60,444 bases of DNA from an uncultured bacterium (lineage in GTDB: Bacteria; CALINM01): positions 1 through 60,444 of the forward strand of contig CALINM010000065.1 in assembly GCA_938045315.1 (NCBI GenBank). The letters are read 5' to 3'. The first letter of the stretch is position 1; each line of letters opens with the position of its first letter. Positions 1-10,929 of the stretch are shown here, piece after piece. The notes below the pieces were generated by a model. It had not been told where the DNA came from and did not search any database. It saw nothing but the letters and a program-made list of their open reading frames with translations. Made by a program: the position numbers and the translations under genes.

Positions 1-2402
1 TCTCTAAAAAGTATATAAACATCACCTTGGGGATTTAATTTTTTAAATGCAATCGCATTTTTTATGGAATGGCTACAACATATTCTGGAGCAATAGTTTC
101 TCTCATTATTTCTACACCCCACACACTGAATCATAACAAGGTTTTTTATCCTTTTAATTTTTTGATCCCCCTCATAAATTAATTTTTCCAACTCTCTGTT
201 TGTAAAAACATTTTCTGACACACCATATAGATACTCTTTTGGTTTATATTCTTTTGCACCTGTTGCAATAATAACTGCGCCATGTTTAATCTCCTGGGTC
301 TTACCCTTTTCATCCCTGATCTTTGTAAGAAAATTACCTACATAACCTGTGGCTTCAATAATTTGAACACCTGTATACACATGTATTAATGGTTCCTTGT
401 ATACATCTGAAATTAGTTTTTTTAAATACTCCTTAACATCATTATCTTCTAAGGTTTTATAGATATATCTTGCATTACCCCCTAACTCTTTTTCCTTCTC
501 TATTAAGAATACCTCTATTCCCTGTTTGGCCAGTGATAATGCAGAATTCATCCCAGATATACCACCACCTACGACTAATGCTCTTTTATCAACAGAAAGA
601 CTTATTTCCTCCAATGCCTGTAATTTCAATGACCTCGCTATTGATTTTCTTACCAGATCCTTGGCTTTTTTTGTTGCCGATTCTTTATCCTTTGGATGAA
701 CCCAGGAACAGTGCTCCCTGATATTTGCCATATCCACATAATACTGGTTTAATCCTGCTTCTCTCAAGGAATCTCTGAAAGTTGGCTCATGAGTCCGGGG
801 GGTACATGCGGCAACAATAATTCTATTTAAATTGTGCTCCTTTATCGCATTCGTAATCTGTTTTGCTGATTCTGTAGAACAAGAAAATAATTGAGTTTGG
901 ACATAGGTTACATGGGGTAATGACTTTGCGTATTCTGCCACTTCTTTAATATTAACAACCCTGCCTATATTTGCACCACACGCACAGATAAAAACACCGA
1001 CCCGTGGTTTTTCATTAGATACATCTTTTTCTAAGGGGTAAACCCTTTTTGTTGATAGTTTCCCCCTTCTCTTCGCTAAAAATTCACCAGACCTTGCGCT
1101 GGCAGAACTTGCAGTATACACCGCTTGAGGTATATCCATGGGAGAAATGAAGCTACCGCTTACAAAAATGCCCTTTTTAGAGGTCTCTACAGGCGTGAAA
1201 GGGTCAACTTTTGCAAAATTATTCTCGTTAAGATCAATGCCAAATTTATTTGCTATCGTTCTCATATCATCTGGATGATCTAAACCAACAGAGAGAACAA
1301 CCATTTCAAATTCTTCTTCAATAACCCCCATGTGAGGGGTTGAATATTTAATAAAAATATTTCCCGTTTTTTTGTCTTCTCTTACAACACTTACATAGCT
1401 TCTTATGAATCTTACACCCGATAAATCTACGGCCCTTTGATAGAACCTTTCAAAATCCTTTCCGTAGGCCCTAATATCATTATGGAAAACTGTACATTCA
1501 GCATCAGGTATGTGATCTTTAGTTAAAATCACCTGTTTCTGAGTATAAGTACAACATACTGAAGAACAATAGCTATTAGACGGTTTTTGAAGAGAACGAG
1601 AACCCACACACTGAATCCATGCAATCTTTTTTGGACGCTTTAAATCAGAAGTTCTTTTAATTTCCCCTTCATAGGGTCCTGTGGAGCTCAAAATCCTTTC
1701 ATAGTCCATGCTTGTTAAAACATTTTTATATTTTCCATAGCCATACTCATTTAATAACTTAGCATCAAAGGGTTTAAAACCCGCAGAAATTATTATGGAA
1801 CCAACTTTTATTTCAAGCTTTTCAGTTTTTTGAGTAAAATCAATCGCTTTATTTTCACATACGTTCTCACAAATACCACATTTTTTTTCTTTGAGATACA
1901 AACATTCCTTGCTAATATAGGCAATAAGTGGTATTGCCTGAGCAAAATGTATGTGAATAGCTTTATTTTTAGAGATCTCCTGATTAAACACATCGGGTAT
2001 TTTTACAGGGCAGTACTCCTGACACACACCACATCCTGTGCATTTTTCTTGTATTACATATCTTGGTTTTTTTACAAGCCTAACAGTAAAATCTCCAGCA
2101 GAACCCTCTACACTCTCCACTTCTGTATAACTGAATACCCTTATATTAGGATGCCGGCCGACCTCGACCAGCTTAGGTGACAGTATTCAGATGGAACATT
2201 CATTGGTGGGGAAAGTCTTATCAAGTTGGGCCATATGGCCACCAATAGAAGGCTCCTTTTCCACCAGATAAACCTTAAACCCCGAATTAGCGAGATCAAG
2301 ACTTGCCTGAAGGCCACTTATACCACCGCCTACCACAAGTACATCTCCAAAAATTTTATCGCCCCCTATAAACTTAAGGTAATTAATGCTTGTAACTGAC
2401 AT
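1..2402 (-). CDS. hdrA: Large HdrA-like flavoprotein (heterodisulfide reductase subunit A family, two tandem FAD modules), predicted selenoprotein; C-terminus runs off the window
   Basis: Manual minus-strand translation is stop-free from 2186 to 1 and continues the 2187..2429 ORF across a single TGA. Motifs: [32 protein letters not shown]-[TGA]-[44 protein letters not shown], and a second VVGGGISGM module. A GGAGGG SD lies 5 nt before the ATG at 2402, so the track start at 2429 is probably too long. Confidence 0.85.
2153..2189 (-). other. In-frame UGA (2189..2187) plus SECIS-like hairpin (2172..2153): selenocysteine recoding signal
   Basis: mRNA reads UGA AUACUGUCACCUAA GCUGGUC GAGGUC GGCCGGC. 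This gives a 7-bp stem (5 GC and 2 GU pairs) and a 6-nt loop containing GGUC, starting 14 nt after the UGA. It is a GC-rich island in an AT-rich gene. Confidence 0.6.
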
Positions 2403-2434
2403 TAAACCCTCCATATTTTTATTAATCATTAATG

Positions 2435-2450
2435 AGCAATATATGTGCCA
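2435..2450 (-). promoter_or_regulatory. Sigma-54 (-24/-12) promoter upstream of hdrA
   Basis: Minus strand reads TGGCAC-atata-TTGCT, an exact match to TGGCAC-N5-TTGC(A/T). The -12 GC lies about 34 nt upstream of the ATG at 2402, and the GGAGGG SD lies between them. Confidence 0.6.
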
Positions 2451-2535
2451 TTGTTATATCACTTACTATTAACAATAACTTATTGTCATTATTGAAAATT
2501 TGTTGTGAGAGGGATCTTATACATTGCGATAAATC

Positions 2536-2573
2536 ATAACCAAAAGTGGTAAAAAATAACCATTTCTTTACCA
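2536..2573. promoter_or_regulatory. Candidate enhancer (UAS) for the hdrA sigma-54 promoter
   Basis: Inverted repeat TGGTAAA (2547-2553) / TTTACCA (2567-2573), interleaved with direct repeats ATAACCA at 2536-2542 and 2556-2562 (20-bp spacing). It is centred about 110 bp upstream of the -24 element. Confidence 0.3.
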
Positions 2574-2633
2574 ATTCCTTTTTTATCTTTTGAAGTATTA
2601 AATTCACAAGCAAAATTTTATTATCCAACACAT

Positions 2634-4892
2634 TTAATGTATTTTTTGCACAACTACCTGATAGTACACTCCTTTTTTTTCGATGGAAACTATCTTTTGA
2701 CCATCTTCTTTAAGGCTCGCAGGCACATTTTTTATGGGTTCTCCTTCATCAAGATAGAGTATTAAACTGCTACCAATTTCCATTTCTTCTAATTTTAGCT
2801 TAGCCTTTACATAGTTAAGGGGACAGGGCACCCCCCTAAGATCAAAAACTTCTGAAGTATCAGCTTTTTTTTCTTGATCGGGAACTTCATATCTAATTGG
2901 AAGATTAAATGAAGAGTCAATATTTTTATATGTTTCCTTAACTTCTCTTAAAAGTTCATTGGCATACTTTAATGCTTCTTCTTCAGGGATTACACCTTTT
3001 TTTAAGTTTTCTACGAAATCAGGCAAATTTTCATATTTTCTTGGAAAAACGCCACCATATACAAGATATTTAACAAAGTTTATCACTGCATCATCAAAAC
3101 TAATAGCATCAACACCCTTCAAAACTAAGAGTGCTCGTGAAGAATAAAGAATTTTTTCTAAAGGTGTTTTAGCTACATCTGCCTGAGCTATGTCAGATTC
3201 AATCATATCTATAACACCTGCTCCACACTCTCCCTGTGAGATACCTTGAAGGGAAAAATCCTCTTCTTTCTCAAAATCTTTGTAGTAATCCCTATTTTCT
3301 TCATAATTGGGGACAAAAGAATATTTATCTATTAATGGTTGAAGAATTTCCATGCCTTTTTCTTCTAATGTTTTTTTTGGATTATCAAATTTATCTAGAA
3401 TTTCTACTAATTCTCTAATAAAATAGGGAATGCTCCTGGCTGGTATCATCCCCACTGATTTACCAAGTTCTGTTTTTTCACACTTATTCTTCCCACCTAC
3501 TAAAACATTATAATAAAGAACACTCCTACCCGCAACTTTTCTAACCGTACCAAACATTCCCAATGTGCCAACTGGATGTTGCCCACAGGCATTGGGACAA
3601 CCATTAATATTAATTTTAAACCCTACCCATTTTTCATATGAAATTTTGATTTCTTTTAATGTACCTATAATTGCCCTTCCAAGCCCAGGGGCATTGCCAA
3701 GCCCGAGGTTACAGGTCGTTGCACCTTTACAGGTCTGAATGTCTAAAAGCGTATCGGGATAATAAAATTCATTCAAAAACTCTTTTAATTTATTATGAAT
3801 TTCTGAAATTTTACTTCTTGGAACGTTTGCAATTATTAAATTCTGTCTTTGAGTAACTTTAAAATAAATATCGGAGAATTCGTTACTAAGACTTGCTAAT
3901 CTTTTTGCCCCTTGGGCATCTAAATCTCCTAGGGGTATTCTTAACAGAACATAGCAATAATTATCATTATGGGGAAAAACAGAAAATTTAAAAAAGTCAT
4001 CGTCTCCTTTAAATTCTTCTCCTTCAGTTTCTATTTTAAAACAATTAATATCATTAGATAAAAATTTTTGTTTAAATTCTTCTTTATTGATTAACATTTT
4101 TTCTTCTAAATAACGATTTTTAAACCAATCAAAACCCCTATCATCTATTAAAAACCTCAGTCTATTTCTAAAACGATTTTTTCTATCACCTTCATTGTTA
4201 TATACCCTGATTATTGCAAGTATAGATTGAAAAAGTTCATCAATATTTAATGCATCCTCAAATAGATTTCCAACCCTTGATTTTGCTCCCATACCACCAC
4301 CAACAATAACTTTAAACTTGTTATTATCAATCGCTACAATGCCAATATCATTAACCCCTGTTAAAGAACAATCTTTATCACAGCCAGATATAGCAATTTT
4401 AATTTTCCTTGGAAGTGTTGTTGCAAAGGATTGAGAAAGAAGATATTGGGATAAATATATAGAAAGTTTATAGGACGGAAATTTCTCACATTTACATAAA
4501 CCAGAGTTTGGACAGGCGGTAATATTTCTTATTGTATTACCTCCACCACCGCGGGGTGACATACCATTTTTATGAAGAATTGAGAGTAGCTGCCCGGCAT
4601 TTTCATAGTTAACATCGTGAATCTGAATATCCTGCCTCGTTGTAAGATGAAGTTTACAATTACCAAACTTTTGGGACAGATCTCCTAACAAATAAAGCTT
4701 ATTTGGTTCAATTATGCCTGCTGGTATCCTTACCCTACACATAAGTTTTTTACCACCTCTTTGAGAATAAAATCCCCATGGGACCCTGATTCCCCTAAAA
4801 AAATTCTCAGTCATCTCTCCTTTTAAATATTTTTGTAACGCTTCCTGAAAATGTTTTTCCTCTTCAATAAATTTATCGGGAATAACAAACAT
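2634..4892 (-). CDS. Siroheme/[4Fe-4S] sulfite/nitrite reductase-like hemoprotein fused to a C-terminal TusA (SirA-like) sulfur-carrier domain
   Basis: Two NirA/CysI-like repeats. Each carries C-x5-C ... C-x3-C: ACPNSGLC + GCDKDC and TCKGATTC + GCPNACGQ. The C-terminal 70 aa read LRGVPCPLNYVKAKL...ILYLDEGEP, which is TusA-like. A GGAGG SD precedes the ATG at 4892 (MFVIPDKF), so the track start at 4982 adds a low-complexity N/K-rich extension. Confidence 0.75.
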   Translation of the reverse strand: MFVIPDKFIEEEKHFQEALQKYLKGEMTENFFRGIRVPWGFYSQRGGKKLMCRVRIPAGIIEPNKLYLLGDLSQKFGNCKLHLTTRQDIQIHDVNYENAGQLLSILHKNGMSPRGGGGNTIRNITACPNSGLCKCEKFPSYKLSIYLSQYLLSQSFATTLPRKIKIAISGCDKDCSLTGVNDIGIVAIDNNKFKVIVGGGMGAKSRVGNLFEDALNIDELFQSILAIIRVYNNEGDRKNRFRNRLRFLIDDRGFDWFKNRYLEEKMLINKEEFKQKFLSNDINCFKIETEGEEFKGDDDFFKFSVFPHNDNYCYVLLRIPLGDLDAQGAKRLASLSNEFSDIYFKVTQRQNLIIANVPRSKISEIHNKLKEFLNEFYYPDTLLDIQTCKGATTCNLGLGNAPGLGRAIIGTLKEIKISYEKWVGFKININGCPNACGQHPVGTLGMFGTVRKVAGRSVLYYNVLVGGKNKCEKTELGKSVGMIPARSIPYFIRELVEILDKFDNPKKTLEEKGMEILQPLIDKYSFVPNYEENRDYYKDFEKEEDFSLQGISQGECGAGVIDMIESDIAQADVAKTPLEKILYSSRALLVLKGVDAISFDDAVINFVKYLVYGGVFPRKYENLPDFVENLKKGVIPEEEALKYANELLREVKETYKNIDSSFNLPIRYEVPDQEKKADTSEVFDLRGVPCPLNYVKAKLKLEEMEIGSSLILYLDEGEPIKNVPASLKEDGQKIVSIEKKGVYYQVVVQKIH

Positions 4893-5007
4893 GTTTCCTC
4901 CATTTTTCTTTATCATAATAATAGTAGTATTTTTATTTATCTTATTTTTTTTGTCAAGTTTTTTGTTATTATAATTTCCCAATCAACTTTTTGAATAAAA
5001 AAATGAG

Positions 5008-6102
5008 CTATTTACATAAAATAGGTGTATATGTACAAAGAGGTTCTTCCGCTAAATAATCTCCTGTTTGCTCATATGCCCTTGCTCTACAACCACCACA
5101 AACCCTTCTATACTCACAAATACCACATTTACCATGGTAATGATCTAAATCACGCATCTTTAAAAAAACAGGAGAGGTTTCCCAAATAGTTTTAAAATCT
5201 TGCTCTCTCACATTACCACAAGGCACTTCCATATATCCACAAATCTGAACAACACCTTGATGAGATATAAAGGCAAATCCCTGACCTCCCAAACAACCTT
5301 TTGTCATAGCATCAAGCCCATATGTTTTAAAATCAACGGTTCTGCCCTTTTCCTTTGCCTTCTGTCTTATTATTCTGTAATAATGAGGCGCGCAAGTAGG
5401 CTTGAACTGAAGCGGTACTTTATCCCGCATATCTTCAAACCATTCAAGAACTTCCTCATACTCTTTTGCAGTCAGGGCTTCTTGAGCAAGCTCTTTACCT
5501 CTTCCTGTGGGCACTAACAGAAAGGGGTGATAAGCTACCGCACCTAATTCTATAGCTAAATTAAGTATTTTAGGTAGTTCAGCAAGATTTATTTTTGTTA
5601 TTGTTGTATTAATCTGAAACTCTATCCCGTTTTTCTTTAGTATTTCAATGCCTCTTAATGCACCTTCAAAAGCACCTTCCACCTTCCTAAAATTATCATG
5701 GGATTCTTTTGTGGCTCCATCTATACTAATTGATACCCTTTGAATTCCAACTTCTTTCATTTTTTTAGCTATCTCATCAGTTATTAACACACCATTTACC
5801 GCCATAACCATTCTAAGCCCAAGAGCCGTCCCATATTCTGCGATCTCGAAAATATCTGGTCTTAAAAGTGGCTCACCACCTGTTAAAATTATGATGGGAT
5901 TTGAAAAAGAAGCAATATTATCAAGTAACTCTTTACATTCTTCAGTTGTAAGTTCATTTTCATAGGGACCATACTGAGCTGCAGCTCGACAATGAACACA
6001 ATTTAAATTACAACTTCTTGTAATCTCCCATGCTATAAGATGGGGGAGATATTTTTTTTCCCCTCCAGAATTACTCTCCTTTTCTTTTCCCATGTGGTGC
6101 AT
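5008..6102 (-). CDS. Radical SAM/SPASM enzyme, AhbD/NirJ family (alternative heme / heme d1 type maturation)
   Basis: CNLNCVHC radical SAM cluster motif; C-terminal SPASM cysteines (GKCGICEYRRVCGGCRARA); GGAG SD upstream of the ATG. Confidence 0.65.
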   Translation of the reverse strand: MHHMGKEKESNSGGEKKYLPHLIAWEITRSCNLNCVHCRAAAQYGPYENELTTEECKELLDNIASFSNPIIILTGGEPLLRPDIFEIAEYGTALGLRMVMAVNGVLITDEIAKKMKEVGIQRVSISIDGATKESHDNFRKVEGAFEGALRGIEILKKNGIEFQINTTITKINLAELPKILNLAIELGAVAYHPFLLVPTGRGKELAQEALTAKEYEEVLEWFEDMRDKVPLQFKPTCAPHYYRIIRQKAKEKGRTVDFKTYGLDAMTKGCLGGQGFAFISHQGVVQICGYMEVPCGNVREQDFKTIWETSPVFLKMRDLDHYHGKCGICEYRRVCGGCRARAYEQTGDYLAEEPLCTYTPILCK

Positions 6103-6159
6103 GTTACATCTCCTTCTATTATCTTTATAAATTATATATCTTTTTTTGTGTCATAGAAA

Positions 6160-7326
6160 CTACTTATCAAAGAGGGAAGAAAATAAAAAAACTATAAATG
6201 CTAATAAACTTAAAGAAGCACCGGTGATAAAGGCAACTGTAAAAGAATAATTTTCCCATAAATAACCAAACAAAAAGCTCGCTGGTAAAGTAGAAATACT
6301 AATGGCAAAATTATAATAACCATAAGCCTTGCCTCTCACATATGAGATAACATTATCAGCAATATAAGCTCTTTCAGCACCTTCAGTTAAACTGTAGTAA
6401 ATTCCATAAAAAAAGAATACTATTAAGACCAATTGCCTGTCTTTTATTATTCCAAACAAAAAATAAATAAGGACATATAAAAACCATCCTACCAATATAA
6501 CTATTTTTCTGCCTATTTTATCTGAAAGAAATCCCGCAGGATAGTTTCCAACAGACTTGATAAAATTAAATATTCCCCAAAGAATAGGTATATAAGTTGT
6601 TTCAATGCCAGCTTCTTTAAGCCTTAATATAAGAAATGCATCACTACTATTACCCAAGGTAAATATAAATAGGGAAAAAAGAAAAAGTTTTACTTTCCGG
6701 GGAAGTCTTCCATTCTCCTTTAAAGAGCTATCTTTAGAATATTCTTTATAACTATGAGTATGCTCAACCTCTTTTATAAAAAATAGTAAAACCAAAACAA
6801 ATAAACCAGGTATTATGGAGAATAAAAAAACCGCTTTAATGTTTTTATTCGTTAAATATAATATTAAAGTTGCTAATACTGGTCCTATTAGAGCACCACA
6901 ATTGTCCATTGTTCTGTGAAACCCAAAAGCTCTCCCCCTGTATTCAGCACTAACAGAATCTGCAATCAGAGCATCTCTTGGAGCAGTTCTTATCCCTTTA
7001 CCGACCCTATCAAAAAATCTAATGAAAAAAACTACAAACCAATGATGTGCTAAAACATAAAAGGGTCTTAAAGCATTTGATAGGAAATATCCAGTAAAAG
7101 CCAGGGGCCTTCTTTTTTTAATTTTATCTGAATACTTACCGGAAATAAGTTTTAATAAACTTGAAACGGATTCCGAAGCACCTTCTATTAGCCCAAGAAC
7201 TTTTGCATTACCCCCCAAAGATAATATATACACAGGCAGGAGAGGATAAATCATATCACTGGCTATATCATTAAGGAGGCTTATAAAGCCTAAATATATT
7301 ACATTTTTTGTAAGAATTTTTTTCAT
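6160..7326 (-). CDS. Major facilitator superfamily transporter
   Basis: 388 aa with about 12 hydrophobic segments and an MFS loop motif (DRVGKGIRTAPRDA). Confidence 0.7.
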   Translation of the reverse strand: MKKILTKNVIYLGFISLLNDIASDMIYPLLPVYILSLGGNAKVLGLIEGASESVSSLLKLISGKYSDKIKKRRPLAFTGYFLSNALRPFYVLAHHWFVVFFIRFFDRVGKGIRTAPRDALIADSVSAEYRGRAFGFHRTMDNCGALIGPVLATLILYLTNKNIKAVFLFSIIPGLFVLVLLFFIKEVEHTHSYKEYSKDSSLKENGRLPRKVKLFLFSLFIFTLGNSSDAFLILRLKEAGIETTYIPILWGIFNFIKSVGNYPAGFLSDKIGRKIVILVGWFLYVLIYFLFGIIKDRQLVLIVFFFYGIYYSLTEGAERAYIADNVISYVRGKAYGYYNFAISISTLPASFLFGYLWENYSFTVAFITGASLSLLAFIVFLFSSLFDK

Positions 7327-7332
7327 GGTGAA

Positions 7333-8535
7333 TTAAATTTTAATTTTTAGAAATTTTCTTTTCCCCACTTTTACAATTTTCTCACTGTCTGGATTTAATT
7401 TGTAATTTATGTCTAAGACCTTTTCTCCATTTATTTCGATAGCCCTTTGTTGTATTAATCTCTTACCTTCGCTTTTAGATGATATAATAGAAGCTTCGAA
7501 TAAAATATCAACAAGACTTTTTTCGCCCTCTAGAAAATATTCTGGTATATCTTCAGGTACCCCATGTTTACTAAAAACTTCTTCAAATTCATTCCTTGCT
7601 CTTATCGCATCTTCCTCACTATGAAATCTTCTTACCATCTCCATAGCAAGTTCCTTCTTTGCTTCTAAAGGATGCTTTTTACCGGTTTTTATGTCTTCCT
7701 TTAGCCTATCTAACTCCTCTAAACCAAGTTCACTAAGCAGTTCGTAATACCTAAGCATTAGCTCATCTGAGATGGACATCAGTTTCCCAAAGATCTCTTT
7801 AGGCGGTTCAGTTATACCTATATAATTCCCCAAAGATTTACTCATCTTATTTACACCATCAAGCCCCTCTAAAAGTGGAAGTGTTATAACAGTCTGGGGA
7901 CGTATACCATATTCCCTCTGAAGGTCTCTACCTACCAAAAGATTAAATTTTTGGTCTGTTCCACCTAATTCTATATCGGCTTTTAAAGCAACAGAATCAT
8001 ATCCTTGAAGTAGAGGATACATAAATTCATGTATCCCTATGGGTTTGCCAGATTCATACCTCTTTGCGAAATCTTCCCTTTCAAGCATTCTTGCAACTGT
8101 ATATTTTGCTGCAAGAAAAATCATATCTTTTCCAGAAAGAGGCTCAAGCCAGCGACTATTAAAATCTATAATTGTTTTATGGGGATCGAGAATTTTAAAA
8201 ACCTGTTCTTTATATGTTTCCGCATTTTTCATTACTTCTTCTTTACTAAGAGCCTTTCTTGTTTCGGATTTCCCGGTAGGATCTCCTATCATCCCTGTAA
8301 AATCACCAATAAGAAAAATAACTTCATGCCCCAACTGTTGAAATTGCCTCATTTTGTTTAAAAGAACAGTATGCCCTAAATGAAGATCAGGTGCCGTGGG
8401 ATCAAAACCCGCTTTAACTCTCAGCGGGTTGCCCTTTATAAAGGACTCTTTTAATTTTTCAAGTAATTCATCTTCCTGAATAATTTCCACAACACCCCTT
8501 TTGATAATCTTTAATTGTTCAACGGGAGGTAGCAT
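7333..8535 (-). CDS. tyrS: Tyrosine--tRNA ligase
   Basis: HLGH and KMSKS class I signatures; C-terminal S4-like domain. Confidence 0.95.
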   Translation of the reverse strand: MLPPVEQLKIIKRGVVEIIQEDELLEKLKESFIKGNPLRVKAGFDPTAPDLHLGHTVLLNKMRQFQQLGHEVIFLIGDFTGMIGDPTGKSETRKALSKEEVMKNAETYKEQVFKILDPHKTIIDFNSRWLEPLSGKDMIFLAAKYTVARMLEREDFAKRYESGKPIGIHEFMYPLLQGYDSVALKADIELGGTDQKFNLLVGRDLQREYGIRPQTVITLPLLEGLDGVNKMSKSLGNYIGITEPPKEIFGKLMSISDELMLRYYELLSELGLEELDRLKEDIKTGKKHPLEAKKELAMEMVRRFHSEEDAIRARNEFEEVFSKHGVPEDIPEYFLEGEKSLVDILFEASIISSKSEGKRLIQQRAIEINGEKVLDINYKLNPDSEKIVKVGKRKFLKIKI

Positions 8536-8537
8536 AA

Positions 8538-9338
8538 CTAAACTCCTTCAATTTTTTCTATATATCTTTTGATGTCCACTGCCTTACCTGTAATTGCGTC
8601 AATGGTTACAATTACATAAGCTATTCTTATATCTTTGATAGCCACTTCTAATCTCCTTGGTATTCCCTTTAAAAATCTTGTCAAAACATCTTCTATGTTA
8701 TTACCGATTATAGAATCATATGGACCTGTCATCCCTACATCTGTAATATAACCTGTCCCATTTCTCAAAATACATTCGTCTGCTGTCTGGACATGGGTGT
8801 GGGTACCAATTACAGCTGAAACTTTACCATCAAAATAATATGCAAGGGCTTTTTTTTCAGAGGTAGCTTCAGCATGAAAATCAATAACTATATGACTCGT
8901 TTTTTTACGAATCTCATTTACAATCTTTTCACCAACAATGAAGGGATTCTCATAATTATCCATAAATACCCGTCCGATAAGACTTATAACACCAAGTGTA
9001 ATACCATCCTTTTCCACTAAAGAAAAAGAATTGCCAGGAGCGAGGGGAGAAAAATTAGCAGGTCTTATAAGGTTTTTAACCTCACTTATAAAATTTTCAG
9101 TCTCTTTCTTATCCCAGGTATGATTACCAAGGGTTATAAAATCAACCCCAGCTGAAAAAATTTCATCTACTGCTGAATATGTTATACCAAATCCACCAGA
9201 TGCATTTTCACAATTCGCAATAGTAAAAAGTACATTTTCTCTACTTTTTATATCTTTTAAAGACCTTTTTAGAGCATTTCTGCCCGGTCTACCTACTACA
9301 TCTCCTATAAAAAGGATTCTAAATGCTTTATCTTGCAT
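8538..9338 (-). CDS. ymdB: YmdB-family metallophosphoesterase (2',3'-cyclic-nucleotide phosphodiesterase)
   Basis: [13 protein letters not shown] ... GNHTWD motifs; conserved position directly downstream of rny. Confidence 0.85.
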   Translation of the reverse strand: MQDKAFRILFIGDVVGRPGRNALKRSLKDIKSRENVLFTIANCENASGGFGITYSAVDEIFSAGVDFITLGNHTWDKKETENFISEVKNLIRPANFSPLAPGNSFSLVEKDGITLGVISLIGRVFMDNYENPFIVGEKIVNEIRKKTSHIVIDFHAEATSEKKALAYYFDGKVSAVIGTHTHVQTADECILRNGTGYITDVGMTGPYDSIIGNNIEDVLTRFLKGIPRRLEVAIKDIRIAYVIVTIDAITGKAVDIKRYIEKIEGV

Positions 9339-10878
9339 ATTCTATAGCTCTTGTCTCTCTAATTACCGTAACCTTTATTTGACCCGGGTAAGTTAATTCA
9401 CTTTCTATTTTTTTTGCAATATCTCTTGCAAGAAGATATGCATCATCGTCACTAACCTTTGTATTTTCAACCATTATTCTAACTTCCCTTCCAGCCTGAA
9501 TAGCATAAGCTTTTGTTACCCCTGGGAATTGAACAGCTATTTTTTCAAGCTCTTCAATCCTTTTTACATAACTTTCTAATGTTTCCCGTCTTGCTCCAGG
9601 CCTTGCTGCTGATATAGAATCTGCTGCCTGTACAAGTATTGCAATTACAGAATTAGGTGCTTCTTCACCATGATGGCTTAAAATTGCATTAATAATTTTT
9701 GGATGCTCCCCATGTTTTTTTAGTATTTCAGCACCAATTACTGCATGAGAGCCCTCTATTTCATGATCAACTGCTTTCCCTATATCATGGAGTAACCCTG
9801 CTCTTTTAGCCTGCTTTATTGAAACATTTAATTCTGCTGCCATAATACCACAAAGGTATGCCACTTCAATAGAATGCTGCAAAACATTCTGTCCATAACT
9901 TGTTCTATATTTCAACGTTCCGAGAAGCTTAACGATCTCAGGATGAACATTATGCAGCCCCACATCAAAAAGTGCTTTTTCACCAGCTTCTTTGATTGCT
10001 TGCTCCACTTCCAATCTTGACTTTTCGACAACTTCCTCTATCCTTGCAGGATGTATCCTTCCATCGGCAATAAGCTTTTCAAGAGCCAGCCTCGCTATCT
10101 CTCTCCTCACCGGATTATGACAAGAAATGACAACTAATTCTGGAGTATCATCAATTATAACATCAACACCAGTTATTGATTCAAATGCTCTAATATTTCT
10201 TCCTTCTCTACCAATTATTCTACCCTTCATTTCATCACTTGGCAGTGGAACACTTGACACAGTCATCTCGGTTACAAAATCACCTGCTATTCTTTGAATA
10301 GCTAAAGATACATATTCTTGTGCTTTTTTTAAAGATGTTTCTTTTAATTCTTCTTCAATCTCCCTTATTTTTTTTGCTGCTTCATGTTTAGCTTCTTCCT
10401 CAATTAAATTTATCAATTCTTTTTTTGCTTCTTCTGCAGTGAGATTTGCTATTTTTTCTAAAGTTTTTTTATGTTCAAAAATCATGTTATCCAGATTTGC
10501 TTTCTTCTCCAACAAATCTTTTTCTAAAGCATTTATATTCTTTTCTCTTTTTAAAAGTTCCACCTCCCTGCTTTCTATGAGAACATTTCTTTTCTCTAAA
10601 CTTTCTTCTTTTTGTGTTAATCTTCTCTCAAAAGCTATTAACTCATCCTTTTTTTCTTTTAATTCCTTCTCTAAATCTGCTTTAATCTGAAGCATCTTGT
10701 CCTTAAACAGTAGTTCTGCTTCTTTTTTTGCAATTTCAACCAATCTTTTTGCTTCTTCTTCTGCCTTAGCTTTTTCTAACTTTAAATTTGATAATTGTTT
10801 TTTTGAATAGAAATAAAAAATTAATAATCCAATCAACAACCCTAATATGCCAGCAATCAAAATCATAATGTTATCCAT
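9328..10878 (-). CDS. rny: Ribonuclease Y
   Basis: N-terminal TM helix, long coiled coil, KH domain ([12 protein letters not shown]), HD domain (LLHDIGK); AGGAGG SD. Confidence 0.95.
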   Translation of the reverse strand: MDNIMILIAGILGLLIGLLIFYFYSKKQLSNLKLEKAKAEEEAKRLVEIAKKEAELLFKDKMLQIKADLEKELKEKKDELIAFERRLTQKEESLEKRNVLIESREVELLKREKNINALEKDLLEKKANLDNMIFEHKKTLEKIANLTAEEAKKELINLIEEEAKHEAAKKIREIEEELKETSLKKAQEYVSLAIQRIAGDFVTEMTVSSVPLPSDEMKGRIIGREGRNIRAFESITGVDVIIDDTPELVVISCHNPVRREIARLALEKLIADGRIHPARIEEVVEKSRLEVEQAIKEAGEKALFDVGLHNVHPEIVKLLGTLKYRTSYGQNVLQHSIEVAYLCGIMAAELNVSIKQAKRAGLLHDIGKAVDHEIEGSHAVIGAEILKKHGEHPKIINAILSHHGEEAPNSVIAILVQAADSISAARPGARRETLESYVKRIEELEKIAVQFPGVTKAYAIQAGREVRIMVENTKVSDDDAYLLARDIAKKIESELTYPGQIKVTVIRETRAIEYAR

Positions 10879-10929
10879 TTCTTCCTCCTAAAATTTATTT
10901 TAAAGGTCCCAATAGAGAGACCAAATATG

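Noticed and set aside
470-2180. Plus-strand ORFs 470..721 and 1830..2180 and minus-strand ORF 1808..1993
   Set aside because: All lie inside the hdrA coding region in the wrong frame or strand. Their translations are low in complexity, whereas the hdrA frame gives conserved FAD and ferredoxin motifs.
2422-2631. 69-aa ORF between the Sir-TusA gene and hdrA
   Set aside because: Low-complexity translation with no SD. It overlaps the hdrA start and spans an exact sigma-54 promoter and upstream repeats, so the region is better explained as regulatory DNA.
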